A stretch of 63,291 bases of DNA, counting the filler, from Pelomyxa schiedti (Eukaryota; Protista; Evosea), in NCBI GenBank assembly GCA_020536535.1. It is 6 parts of 6 records of this genome, joined end to end, with 100 filler letters (N's around TTAATTAATTAA, not from the genome) between each part and the next. Parts side by side here need not be neighbours in the genome. Positions count along the whole stretch, not along the records: positions 14,934 to 33,638 come from JAHLWZ010000279.1; positions 33,739 to 44,899 come from JAHLWZ010001245.1; 4 more parts are not named here. One strand, 5' to 3'. The notes below the pieces were generated by a model. It saw nothing but the letters and a program-made list of their open reading frames with translations, had not been told where the DNA came from and did no database searches. Of the stretch, positions 21,969-34,230 are shown in pieces. Each line of letters begins with the position of its first letter. Position 1 is the stretch's first letter. A program made the position numbers and the translations under genes.

Positions 21969-23194
21969 TCAACTGCCCCAAGGAAAGTCCGTATTTCTTT
22001 CTTCTTTGGACTCTCCATGGCTGGTTATTTTGAAGACGAGCTGACGTGTTCCTGTTGAGGCATCTATGATGGTCAACTCCCACTGTTGGATTGTGTTGCT
22101 TGTGGAATTATTGGTGCAGATACCAATTAAGTTGTCGTCGAGTGTTATCAACTGGCTTGTGGGTGGCATGTTGTCGAGGGTGAAGCATGGCTTGTTGAGG
22201 TTGTTTGGGTGGAAGAACTGTGTGGTGAATGTCTTGGAATTCTCTGCGATCAGAAGGGTATGGCTGAGTGCCTGGAGTTTCCAATTGGGTGGGAACGTGA
22301 GCTCACGTCGTTGCGTTGCTGTGTTGAAGAGGATGTCATGTGGAACACTGTGGATGCTGTAGACTGGGTCACAAGTAAGGTAATCCATGCAGTATGAGAA
22401 CGGAACGCGGAAGGACTTGGTGGTCACGAGAAGCTGCTCGGGATATCCACGTACCATACAGTTTTGCTTTTTTTGGTTTGGCTGAATGCGAGAAGGATGT
22501 CTGGGTTAGCTGAGGAAAGCAGAAACATTGAAAAGCGAGTAACGAAAGGGATAAACGCTTCAGGGTGAACGGGCTCGCCATTCACCACCCTCCACACATG
22601 CATCCCCATCATATCGCCGGAAGAAGCAACGATCCAGTGGGTGTTGCCGAGGTGCTCGAAGATGTCATTCCGCGAATGTGAATACAGAGGCCTCCGGACA
22701 GCAACCGAGCCTCTGCTCGCTCCAGAAGAGGGTTCCATGAGCTTCTTCTGGGTGCAGCACCCGCTCGGGTACCTGCACTCCACAACATGCAAGTCCCAGA
22801 GGTCCTGGATAGCACCTTGGATCCCAGTGAGAGCCAAGAACCTCCCGTTTCCCAGGGGCCCGCACAGCGCGAACCACGGCCACTCGGGGCTGGGGCTCCT
22901 CGCCCCCACGAGCTTCACCACCCCCTGCGTGTGCGACATCACGGCGAACAGGCACATGGAGGGCATGGAGTGCAGGCCGTAGCGGTACAGCGCCTCCTGG
23001 TACTCTTCGGGCCAGTCCCTAACCACCCCGGAGCCGAACACGCAGGTATCCAGTTGCAGAGCAACCTCCGTGTGCCTGGACACCACCCAATCCCGCCCGA
23101 ACTGCGCCAACACATTATGGGGCAGCACCCCAACCCAGCAGCAACCACCACCACGACGACGAGGGGGATGAGGACAATTGGGCCGCTGTGATGT

Positions 23195-23229
<35 letters not shown>

Positions 23230-23608
23230 GCCGTTGTTGTTTTTGTGGCGGTGGTGGTTGCGGGTGCTGGGGCCCCGCCTTGTCCTTGCTGTTGTTGCTG
23301 CTGCCTGGGGGTTGTGGCGGTGTTGGTGGGGAGGCATTTGCTCCTGTTGTTGCAGCCGGAGTGGTGGTCGCAGCGGCGGGGCGGCGCCCGCGCCCACGCC
23401 CACCACGCGGCCGGCGGCGTCGCCGGTGTTGTTGTTTCTCCTCCCCTGTGAGTATGGCCCCGTGCTGCTGCTGCTGCGGTTGCGGTTGCGGTTGCGGTGG
23501 GGGGTGCAGGAGGAAGGAGCCGCCGGCGGCGAGGGCGAGGAACTGGTCGGCGGCCCATAGGCCCCACTCCAGCGTAACCGACACGCCACCCTCCCTGACC
23601 GTGTCCAT
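21969..23608 (-). CDS. 'AADQFLAL' family protein with polyQ; apparent 1-nt frameshift near 22425 (possible pseudogene)
   Basis: ORF 22424-23608 (WAADQFLALAAG, QFGRDWVV, GNTHWIV) overlaps ORF 21969-22457 in another frame with no obvious intron. Confidence 0.6.
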
Positions 23609-24055
23609 CGTCGCCTCTGATCGACTTGCGGTGATCAGAACGGGTCAGATTTGAACGAGCTTGTTTACACAGATTTCTTCAGTTTTAGTTGTTGTATCTC
23701 TGCGATACACAATGCAGACAAGTACCTCCTTAAGAATGCCAAGTTTCACACAGCCCCAAGTGCGAAGAAGATCCACTGGTTTCGACAACTAACCTAAGTT
23801 TCTTCGCCTAACACCCATTTGAGACTTTGATTGCGGCCCTGTGCGTGCGGTACGGTCACATCCCATAACCGCGTTATTGCGCGTTGGCTCACATGCCCCG
23901 TTGTTGCTGCCACACGATCGACACGCCCCCACGGTGTTTTTGCTTTAATAACCAAACACCAATTATACAGTAGCACCAGGGTGTATCATCATTTCCTGTA
24001 CCTGCTCACTAGTATTCAGTGTTGGGATTGGTGATACACTTGGTAGGCGTGATCA

Positions 24056-27000
24056 ATGAGGAGACTTGTAGTTTCGTGTGGCGACGGTGGTGATTTCACG
24101 TCACTGTCTGATGCCGTAGCAAAGGCCCCCCCTGATTCCACTATCATTGTATGCCCTTGGTTTATATTAGCCACTACTATATACAAAACACACCATGGTT
24201 CGGTCTTATGTTTTGTAGAACTCGTGTTTGTGGAAGTATTACTGTAATACTAAATGAAACAATTAGGTGATGGCTGGAACATATGAGGAGAAGAATACAC
24301 CCATCCTTATCAACAAGCCCCTCACGATTTGTTTGTCCTCAATATCACAGATGTCCACCTCCTCTGCGACGTCACAAGCAACTTCTGACCCAACTGCATC
24401 CAATGCTGTGATCACTCCTTTTGTGGTTAAACCGTATGATCCTATAAGTTGCGATTGGCCTGAGGTTAATATACACAGACAATTTCCTTTGTTGAAGGAG
24501 AGTAGACCATCCACAAGAGATCTACGTTCTGGTGCACTACGACCTTCATCTTCTCAGCCTTCTTCTCTCGGAGGGAAGATGACTGACTTGGAGCCAACAG
24601 ATTCTGTGCTGGTGTCAGTGTCGGAGTTCCCAATTCAAGTATGTTTTGACTTAGCATTTGTAACTAACTATAAGACGCTGATTATATTGTTGCAGCTCCC
24701 AGTGGAAAAGTTTAAATTCAAATTGGAAGATAACGAATTGCCACCAATAGACAGAGTTTTGCAGGAGACCTGGATAGTTTCCAACACCTCGTCTACCAAA
24801 CAGAAAGTTCTTTTCGTCAATGACTGCAATGATAAATACGACCTGAGATTCACCCCCGAATCGAGAACTATCCTTCAGGTTTTTTGGTCCTTTGTTTGAT
24901 AACTTCTGGTCTAAATTCCTGCAAGGGACAAAGAGCGGCTGTAACAGTAACTCTTAACATCAAGTGCACAACATTGATCCGTAGGAACATTCCGGTTATT
25001 GTGAAAGGTATGACAAAAACTGCTGGTGAGCACTACTTTTAACCCTTCCTTGCAGGGGAGGATAACCAATATCGTCACATCTATGTCTCACTCTGCTTGA
25101 ATTCTCAAATAAGTACAAAAGTGGATTTTGATGAAGTTGCTCTCAATCAGCCACCAATTGAGGAGGATGACCTCGCTGCTGCTTACAGTGCAAGATGGAG
25201 GTCTTTGCAGGTAAATACTGTAACTGATATTTGGAGATGATATGAACATAAACCAGGTCTCTGTTAAGAAAATGAAACTTCAAGATCCTGACCAAATTCA
25301 ATTGCGTGAGTTAATGCGCACAGTTGAACTCCTGGAACAGCTTCAATTTACTTCAATACAAAGTTTTCTCTTGTTTACTATCCAAAACAGTCATTGATAT
25401 ATTCAAGAGTTCCTTGGAGCGTCTCTAGTCCCAGGCAGTATTGCTCTCCTCTTTGAGCACACTGGCCAGGGTTCTTTGGAATCAATAATGAAGTCTAAGA
25501 ACATCCCTTCCACTTTCAAGATGAGAGTTGTTTGTGATATCGCCTATGGTAAACCTTCCTAGTAACTTTCTTTTCTCCTCACTTTGTCCAGGAATGGAGT
25601 TTCTGCACAAACACGGTGTTGTGCATCACAAACTATCACCAAGTGCTGTTCTTATTATGTCTACTGACCCCTTTGCCTCGTCAGTTGCTAAGCTGAGGTT
25701 TTACCTCTCCAATATCACCAATGTAACTAAAATCCCCTGAGTGATTTTGGATTCCCCCGCCGAGATAATGATGAACAGCCGGGATATGCTGTTGATGGTA
25801 TCCTTCTTTCCTGTTTCTCCCTCACTTACTTTTTGCAGTTCGGACAATATCCAATTTCCTTCTTGATTCAAACTCTCTTTTGTTGCCTTAACTTGTTGTT
25901 TTATAAGTCTACACAGCCCCCGAGCTTTTTAGTGACAGATCACATTTTGAGTTTCCATCTGATGTTTATAGGTAGGTCAAAAGAAACATGGTTCTTCACT
26001 CTCACATATTCCCAGCTTTGCTATGGTACTTTATTTCCTATATAAAGGGAAACACCCCTTTGACACACCGGAATTTGACTCTGAAACTGGTATTAAAAGT
26101 TGGAAATAGAACTCTACTTTACTAACTTCTGGAGCGGTGGAGCAATTCTTGAAAGCAGGCAAGGTTTGTCTCCTTTAGTCTTGGGACAACTACCCTGATG
26201 TTTTTCGCAGAGACTGCCTATCGATTTTGAATGCAAGCCAGTTATCAGGGATTTGATTACAACATGTTGGGCTAATAATCCAACTGGCAGACCAGGTACC
26301 ATTGAAACTACATAAAAGGAGAAATGAATAAACAGCACAAAGATTTTCCAACGATTGTGAACAAACTTCAAGACGAGGTGTCAACATTGGGTGTCTCATA
26401 TACCCAATCAACAACACGGCGTGATAACAAAGTCCTTGTGGTATCCAACTGCAATGTGACGATAAAAGGTTATTTAGCCGTAATTTTCTGGCTTATGAAT
26501 ATAATTCCAGGATTGGAGTTCAGAGCACCTGTGGCTGTCTCTGATGGGGGATCACTATCGATGGACCAATGCTCACTGCCCTCGGTTTCTGCTTCCGGGA
26601 AAGGTTCCTCACTATCTCTCTTCCAGTGTGAGATCGACCCCACGAAATATGGTATGGATGCCCCTTATCCGGTTTGCTTACAACTTTCAAGGAGGAAAGT
26701 CTGAAATATCATCTGTGCGATTTGTTGATTACTCCAAAGGATCTCTTGAACTCTGCAGTATTTACCCAGAACGCGGAGGTCTTATCGGGTTTTAACAATT
26801 TATAGATATCTCAGCCAGTAGTGCATCTGGAACTGGAGTGGAAGTTGGTGGTTTTGCAGAACCCGTCCTTCGATCATGTTCAATCAGATATGGGCAAGTT
26901 GGTTTATCTTTTTGGAAGAATGGTGGAGGCATGTATGTTTTGGTCTGTCTCTATTAACAGGCAATAACATTGAATCAGAATCGATCAATGCTTTATCAGT

Positions 27001-30000
27001 GATTGTGGTCTGGCGGGAGTGGAAGTCGCCTGTGGAAGTAATCCAACACTTAAATCTTCTTGTATCAGTGGTTCTCGGGGGGTGGGCATCCTGGCACACA
27101 CCAATGCTGTAGTTTCAGTGGAATCTTGCAACTTGTTTGACAACGCTTATGAAGGGATAGAGGTTTTTCATCCACAAGTTGACTTTTTCTCATTGGGGAA
27201 AGGTGAAAGGCTCCAGCACAGCAGTTCTCAAGTGTTCCTATATTCACCATAATACTCGATCTGGCATTTGTCTACGATCCTCAAAAGCTGACATTTCAGA
27301 CACCCATATTTATGAGGTTGCTGCTCCTTTGGACAGCACTTTTTCCCTAAATCTCTCAAGAACGAAATTGCAGGGATCAGAAGTTTGAATTCCACCTTCA
27401 GTGCCAAGAACTGCTGTATACAGAAGAACAAGTACCCAGGCTTAGTTATAATGCGGGAATCTGTGTGCAATGTCTCCAACTGTTTAATTCGTGATGGAAA
27501 CCAAGCAGGGTATGCCTTTTTTGTAGATCTTCTCTTATGTATATACTCAGAATTTTCTTTTGCCAAAACGGTCATGGTACAATTGAAAATAGCACAGTAC
27601 AGAATAATTCTCTTGCTGGGATTGAGATATCCATGGAATCTGACCCTGAGCTTAAAAACTGCATTATTGAAGCAAACCGCTATGGCCTCCATTATAGGGA
27701 AAAGGGTGCGTGTAAGTGTGAGCCTTTCAAATATTAACTTCACCTAGGAAATGGACGTGTGGAATGGTGCACCATACAAAACAGTGTATCATCCAATATA
27801 AGAGTAATTGAAGATAGTGAACCAACAGTTAGGCACTGCAGAATTCTTAGGGCTGGTGGAGTTGGAGTGAGAGTGGCTGGGTGCGGCTCAGGATTTTTAC
27901 TGGAGCAGTGTGACATTGCCGCAAGTGGTGGCTGTAATGTAGATGTTTATGGTGAGTGCTCCCCCACTTTGAGGGGGTGCCATCTCAGAGGTGGTGGCGA
28001 GAGCGGAGTGAGATTTGATAAAAATGCGAGTGGTATTGTCGAGTTGTGCTCGATATATGGAAATGCACTTGAAGGCATTTGTGTACGCAGTGAATCAAGT
28101 CCAATCATTCGGAGGTGCAACATATCCAAGGGGATGCAGGTGTGCAACTCACTCTTACCCAATCTTATACTCCACAGAGTGGTATTTTGCTCAATTCATG
28201 TGGGCCTTCAACTGTAATTGACAACTGTGATATATTTTCTAACACAACGACTGGTATTGAGTTGACCAACACGAGGTAGGCAACGACCATTATTTTTTTC
28301 CCAACTGAACTCTTCTGCAGTGCGCCCATAATTCGTGGGTGTACTATTCATGCATGCCAGTATTCTGGCATTCAGTACCTTGACATGTCTGGTGGCTCTC
28401 TGTTGGAATGCAAGATCCATTCCAATGGGACAAACATTGGGCCAAGACCGGGTTTTTAAATCTTCTTCCTTGGGTTTTATCTAAGTCTTTCCTAGCCATT
28501 GAGTACTCCAGCAAAGTGGGCCCCACGATCAAGAACTGCATTATTGATGGGGAACCAGTGACTTCCACAACACCAAAGCATCCATCGGATGATGAGGACA
28601 GTGTTACTGGCACAAGGTCGAAATATGGTATTGCAACGCAAGTTGTCTTCACCACAGAAGAAATTGCCGCTGCAACAGACAACTTTAACGATTCACAAGT
28701 CCTGGGCTCAGGTTGATCCAAAACAGTTGTACTCGGGGAAAACTAACACTACCAAGGCTCGTATGGATCGGTCTACAGAGGGGTCATTAATGGCACCCCC
28801 GTTGCAGTCAAAGTGATGCACCAGACTCTAAAAGCAGGAGTGAGGAAAGGTTTTGAATATGAAGTGGAGCTTCTGAGAACTTTCAGGTAACTCCCTGCAA
28901 CACTGAGAGAGTCCAATTCACTCCCACGCAGGCACCGGAACCTTGTGCCACTACTTGGGTGCTGTATGGATCCTCTTGCTCTTGTTTATGATCTCTTAGA
29001 GGGGGGCACTCTGAAATCACTGATAAAACAAGCCCGAAGAGCGTGGGAACGTGGTTAGTCCTCACTTTTTTCCGCTTTCCCAGCTCACACACTGCAGAAA
29101 AAGCGGATATTTTCCCCTGGAAACAACGCCTCAATATAGCCATAGGATGTGCCAGAGGGCTCCTCTTCTTACACGCCACCAGCAAGCCTCCTGGTACTCG
29201 TTCTTTCAAAGTGCAAAATTTAACATTCACACCATTTTGACAGTGATTCACAGAGACTTCAAGGTATAAATTCTCTATTTCACAATTCTACTCTTAACCC
29301 TACATTTCAGAGCGATAATGTAAGGGCGATTCTCGATTTGAGATTAGTTACTTTTAAACGATGGTAATGAGATTGCAGGTATTACTAGATAGATATCGTG
29401 AACCTAAAATTGGAGATTTTGGTAACATCATCTGCAAAGTCAGGATTCTATTAACTTTGAACAGGGCTTGCGAGATTACTTCCCAAAGATATCAATACTG
29501 GTTCTTCAGCTGGCACACCAGGCTATGTGCGTAATTCAAATTGTCACTGCCATTTCATTTCTCACCACATCATTAGATTTGTCCGGAATATGATACCAAC
29601 GGCACATTGACCACCAAGGTCCCTCATATTTCCCCTTATGTCTTCCTTTTCAAACCTTTTACAAGGTTGATGTGTACAGTTTCGGTGTTGTGTTACTCGA
29701 GCTTCTTACCGGTATCCCAAAAACCACAACCAAAGCCCTTGTACTCACCACCGCGGCCTAGGAATGCCAGCCATAATACGCGTTACAGTGTCTTCGGAGG
29801 ATGAAGATTCCACAGACACAAGAAGTAAAAAGCATAAGCGGCACAAGCACAAAGAGGTGCTACTCGGAGAGTGGGTATCAGAAAGAATCCGAATATCCCC
29901 GCATAGGTTCCAACAATAACAATAACAACTATCCACTGACTGCACTCCACCAAAGGTCATCGGACCACCCCCTGCAAGACATTGTCCACCCAACCTGGCC

Positions 30001-30285
30001 TCCTGAGGTATCTTCCTTAAATCCCTATAAAAACCGCACCAGGACAACACACAACCCACAACAACGACCCATAATCGCCACCACGCCGCCGCCGCCGCTC
30101 ATAAACCATACTTACTACTGTGCACTCAGATCGCGATCAACGTGTGTAACATTGCGGGGCAGTGCATCGTGGAGGAGCAGGCCAAGAGGCTCGCAATGAA
30201 CGACGTGCTGGCCCAGCTCGAGGCCGTCGAGGTCGTCGGCAACGACGTGGGTACCCTCGATCCCAGTGGAAACGGTGACGACTGA
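24056..30285 (+). CDS. Multidomain protein: beta-helix N-cap, Ig-like domain, pseudokinase, right-handed beta-helix repeats, RLK/Pelle(IRAK)-like kinase; many introns
   Basis: SLSDAVAKAPPDSTII|VMAGTYEE..INKPLTI; KVDFDEVAL...SVKK...VVHHKLSPSAVLI...SDFG; parallel beta-helix repeats (NIYGNALEGICVRSESSPIIRRCNI-type); VFTTEEIAAATDNFNDSQVLGSGSYGSVYRG, VAVK, HRDFKSDN, IGDFGLAR, GTPGY, DVYSFGVVLLELLTG. The single-gene join is inferred. Confidence 0.72.
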
Positions 30286-30400
30286 GTACTTGTGGCCAGT
30301 GCCTTTTCAAGAGCTAAAGCACTACTGGGAGTGCTAAACAATAGATGCCCGTAACCAAATTCCATGCAATTGCTTCCACAACACCAAGTTGGGGAGGGCG

Positions 30401-32587
30401 ATGACACATTTTTCACCGAAAATCAGGACGATGGTCATCGTGTTGAGCCGTGGAGCCGTGCCCGTAGTAATAATATTTCTGATGGTACCCGCGGCGTGCC
30501 GCAGCAGTAGTAGTAGTGCGCAGGCAGGGGCGGACGTGGTGCGGCTGGAGGTGGAGGCGCTGTGTGACATATACAGATACAACGCCCCGTCGTCGTGGCT
30601 CCTCCTGCTCACTTCCACCTCGCTATCGTCTTCATTGTCTGAATCCAGTTCGCACTCGTCCTCTCAATCATCTTCTTGTTCGGGTTCAGCGTCCTCTTCC
30701 CACTCACCTTCGGTTTCAGCGTCCTATTCCCGCTCAACTTCGGATTCAATATCGATGTACTCCTCATATTTGCCTCCATTTTTTCCAGCACCCCGAGCAG
30801 ATTCGTCCGTCTCCGCTTTGTTGTCACTGTCGTCATCGTCGGCATCCAGTAGTTCAGATTCGTCATCGTCTCAATCCAGTTCGGATTCGTCATCGTCTCA
30901 ATCATCTTCTTATTCAGGTTCAGCATCCTCTTCCCACTCACGTTCGGTTTCATCGTCAGTGTCGATCCCGTTTCTTCCGAGCAGCTCTGATGAAAGTTCA
31001 CTGTATGTTGTACAAATCATTAATTACCCTTACACAGTGACTTCATTCAAGGCCAAACCCATGTTCTGAAGAAGCAAAAGGGGTGAACAGTTCTTGTGTA
31101 CTGAACCTCCCTGGGGTGACATGTGGACAAGTGGATGGTGTTGAGAGAATCACTGAATTGTGAGTACCTGACCTTATTATTAGCACCCTAATGCCTGATT
31201 AGATCCCTCCCGAACAACAACATGCATGGGCACTTGCACACATCCATTGGAAACATGGACAAGATTACCTATCTGTGTGTTATTATTTATGAATAATCAA
31301 ATTCCCACAACACTCACTCAGCACATAACTATAAATGTGTAGTGACCTGAGCAATAACAATCTTGACGGGACACTTCCACCACAAATGGAGGATATGACC
31401 TTGAAATACATGTTTCCACTCTTCTTCTCCCTTCAATACAATCCCAACCAACAGCTCACAGAGATTTATCAAGCAATCAGTTCACAAGTACTGTTTATTC
31501 GATCAGAAATCTGGGAGGTACCAATTTTATGTATGTGAAATTATGTTCCATTTCCAGTTCTTTCTTTCATAGGGAGATTCTGATATTTTTTGTTTAGTGA
31601 TTTGTCAAGTAACTACTTTTATGGCCCAACTGGCACTTTTCTTGATTTCAAATCCCCATGGTACACACCACTCAAGCCAAACAACTGTCCTTGGTTTCAT
31701 TATTACCAAGTGATATCTCTGAAACGTGCCTTGTGTGCCAGCAATGTGGGGTATGCGTCACTTCACCCAAGAAAAGTGACAGAAAGTGCAATTGTGTGAA
31801 TAATAAGGACTGCTTTATTGATAATGAGTGTGTGGATCATGGAACACGCCCATCTTGGAATGAATGCCTGGTATGCATTCACTGTCAGTGTTTGGGATAG
31901 TTACACATGTTAGCAATGCGTTTCTCCAGTGAATCCCACAAACTGGACTGCCTTGACAGTGGGATGTGATGATGGAGACTTGTGCACCCGATCCGATCAA
32001 TGTGACTCAAATGGAAATTGCATTGGACACCCTTTTCATTGCACAAATTCCTCTTGTTCCAGTAATACTATGCATCTTTATTCTTTTTTTTAACATTGTC
32101 CCCAGTATCACAGTGTGATGGGATGAAGTGTGCCTATGATGTCACCATGGGCTATTGTTCAATTCACAATACATGTTTTGTGGATGGGCAAGTTAACCCA
32201 AGCAATCCCTGTCAAACCTGCAATGCTTCCATAGCTCAAAAAAAGTGGATTGACATTTGCTCATCTTCACTTAGTTCGTCATCTTTTTCAGAATCTCTCA
32301 CAGAATCCTCGTCAGCCACATCAGTATTTTAAATCAATACATGGTTCTCTCCCTTCACATGCCACAGGTGGTTTCCACATCTTATGGTGGTGACAGTGCC
32401 AGTCTCATAAGAATCTTAATTCCTATTTCCATTTGTGCAATCTCTTTTATTGTCTTTTCTCTTGTACTTGGTGTCAAGTAAGTAAAAACTAATCCTTTGA
32501 AATGAAGAGTAACCTCCACACAGGATGTGGAGAGACCACCAACAAGGAAATTACTCCCTTTTGAGTGTTAATGCCACTGCCCCATAG
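30401..32587 (+). CDS. LRR receptor-like protein: signal peptide, split LRRNT with Ser-rich insert, 4 plant-type LRRs, Cys-rich repeats, Ser-rich stalk, TM, ~21-aa tail
   Basis: EVEALCDIY...LPGVTCGQ; LSLPNNNMHGHLHTSIGNMDKITYL, DLSNNNLDGTLPPQM; CSIHNTCFVDGQVNPSNPCQTC; LIRILIPISICAISFIVFSLVLGV; tail KMWRDHQQGNYSLLSVNATAP*. Confidence 0.8.
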
Positions 32588-32729
32588 AACAGTGCCCAGA
32601 AAAGGCTCCATCCAGTAACATGATTAAAANNNNNNNNNNNNNNNNNNNNNNNNNNNNNNNNNNNNNNNNNNNNNNNNNNNNNNNNNNNNNNNNNNNNNNN
32701 NNNNNNNNNNNNNNNNNNNNNNNNNNNNN

Positions 32730-32970
32730 TGCTGAGAACCATAAGCACGAGGGGCAGCAGCACGCCGAGGACCATGATCGCGCACCCCACCGCGTACGAC
32801 TTGCCGGTCATCCCCGCAACAGCCCCTCGTGCCACTGCAATCGCCCCCCGCAGATCTCCAACACCAGCACCCGCCGTCGTAGTGGCGTTGTCCACAACCG
32901 CTGTTGCAACAGCGACACCACCACCGACTGCGGCGGTTACGTTCCGGACCACCCCCACCCCCTCTGTCAT
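32730..32970 (-). CDS. Small TM protein, allele B
   Basis: Same sequence as 14934-15168 with SNPs and a 6-nt in-frame indel. Confidence 0.45.
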
Positions 32971-33198
32971 CCCCTTTGTTTGCTTGTCTGTTTGTTCGCA
33001 AGAATGAAACACGCCCCTGCCGATCTGGTTGACATCTCAGCAGGGGATTGGGGCAAACTGATGCCATCAAAAAAACCCGAGCATCAAACAAAATAAAAAA
33101 AAAGGCGAACGCGAAGAGGGGAGTAGTACCGCACGTGCGGGGAGTTACGACAAGGAAAGAGAAAGACAAAGTAAAAAGGGAGAGATCCAACAACTAAA

Positions 33199-33638
33199 AT
33201 GTCGGCCACAACCGAACCGGAGAAAGCGCCCGATTTTGCGATCCCTGGTGTGAACCAACCACTGGACAAGACAAAACCACGACACATGGTACTTTTATTT
33301 TAAATGAATATGTATGTTATATTTTGCTTTATATACCGACATTTCTTTTAACTGGGGCCAATTTTATGTTTGGGTGCAATAGGTCACAACGATTGTGCAT
33401 GTATCATTCAAACTCGTTCCTCTGATTTTGTACTTGTTCTTGTACCTTTTTGTCGACAACTTCATCATGGTATTTATCATTGTAACTATTCTCGTTGCCA
33501 TGGACTTCTGGGCTACAAAGAATGTCACTGGGAGGCATGCGTCCTTGCATTTCAATTTGTTTGCTCATGAATTGTCAGGTTAATGGTCGGGCTGCGTTGG
33601 TGGAATGAAGTCAAAGCTGATGGGACAAGCGAGTGGAG
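33199..33638 (+). CDS. TVP23: TVP23 5' part, allele B
   Basis: Near-identical exons to 15379-15804; intron 1 differs by indels. Confidence 0.85.
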
Positions 33639-33738
33639 NNNNNNNNNNNNNNNNNNNNNNNNNNNNNNNNNNNNNNNNNNNNTTAATTAATTAANNNNNN
33701 NNNNNNNNNNNNNNNNNNNNNNNNNNNNNNNNNNNNNN

Positions 33739-34230
33739 CGGCCACAATCATCCACTTTCTGTTGGTAAAACTAGTCACGCTCCGTAGGCCAGTCTGCAAG
33801 ACAATTGTGGGACGGCCATCCATCTGTCTAGCAGTCACAACGGAGGCAGCACCAACCCCCAGGTACTCGGTCTTCATCACGACGCGCTGTGTGAGCCACT
33901 TGAGGGATCCTGTATTCGTGCACGTTACGGTGCTGTTGAGCACGCTGTGGAGCAGTGCGACACGGTTATGGGAACCGACCACCACGAACTCGGCGGCGCT
34001 AAGTACTGCCCAAACACCGCGACGAAGCGCGTCGCCGTGGCCACCACCAAGTCGCGGCACATGGAGTGCATTATGGGACTCACGCAGCAGATGAGGCGTG
34101 CCGGGCTGTGTGCACTACAACGAGCGTGGGACGACGACAAAAGGGCAACAAACTGGCTCACAGCCGTCGTGGTGCCAGTTGCCATCACCACCGTAGGGAC
34201 GTCGTTCGTCGTTTGTTGATTGTTGGACAT
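33739..34230 (-). CDS. 'SQFVAL..SHARC...SPAR' family gene, 3'-truncated and apparently frameshifted
   Basis: AVSQFVALLSSSHARCSAHSPAR...CRDLVV in one frame; the continuation to NRKWMIV is in another frame. Confidence 0.55.

Noticed and set aside
23185-23240. (GTT)n tract and multi-frame ORFs (polyC, polyV, polyN, polyT)
   Set aside because: Ordinary polyQ microsatellite within the minus-strand CDS; the shadow ORFs result from low complexity.
14934-33638. TVP23 gene triplication or transposon-like terminal direct repeats on the scaffold
   Set aside because: Exact 121-nt overlaps and SNP-bounded gap show assembly-bubble alleles.
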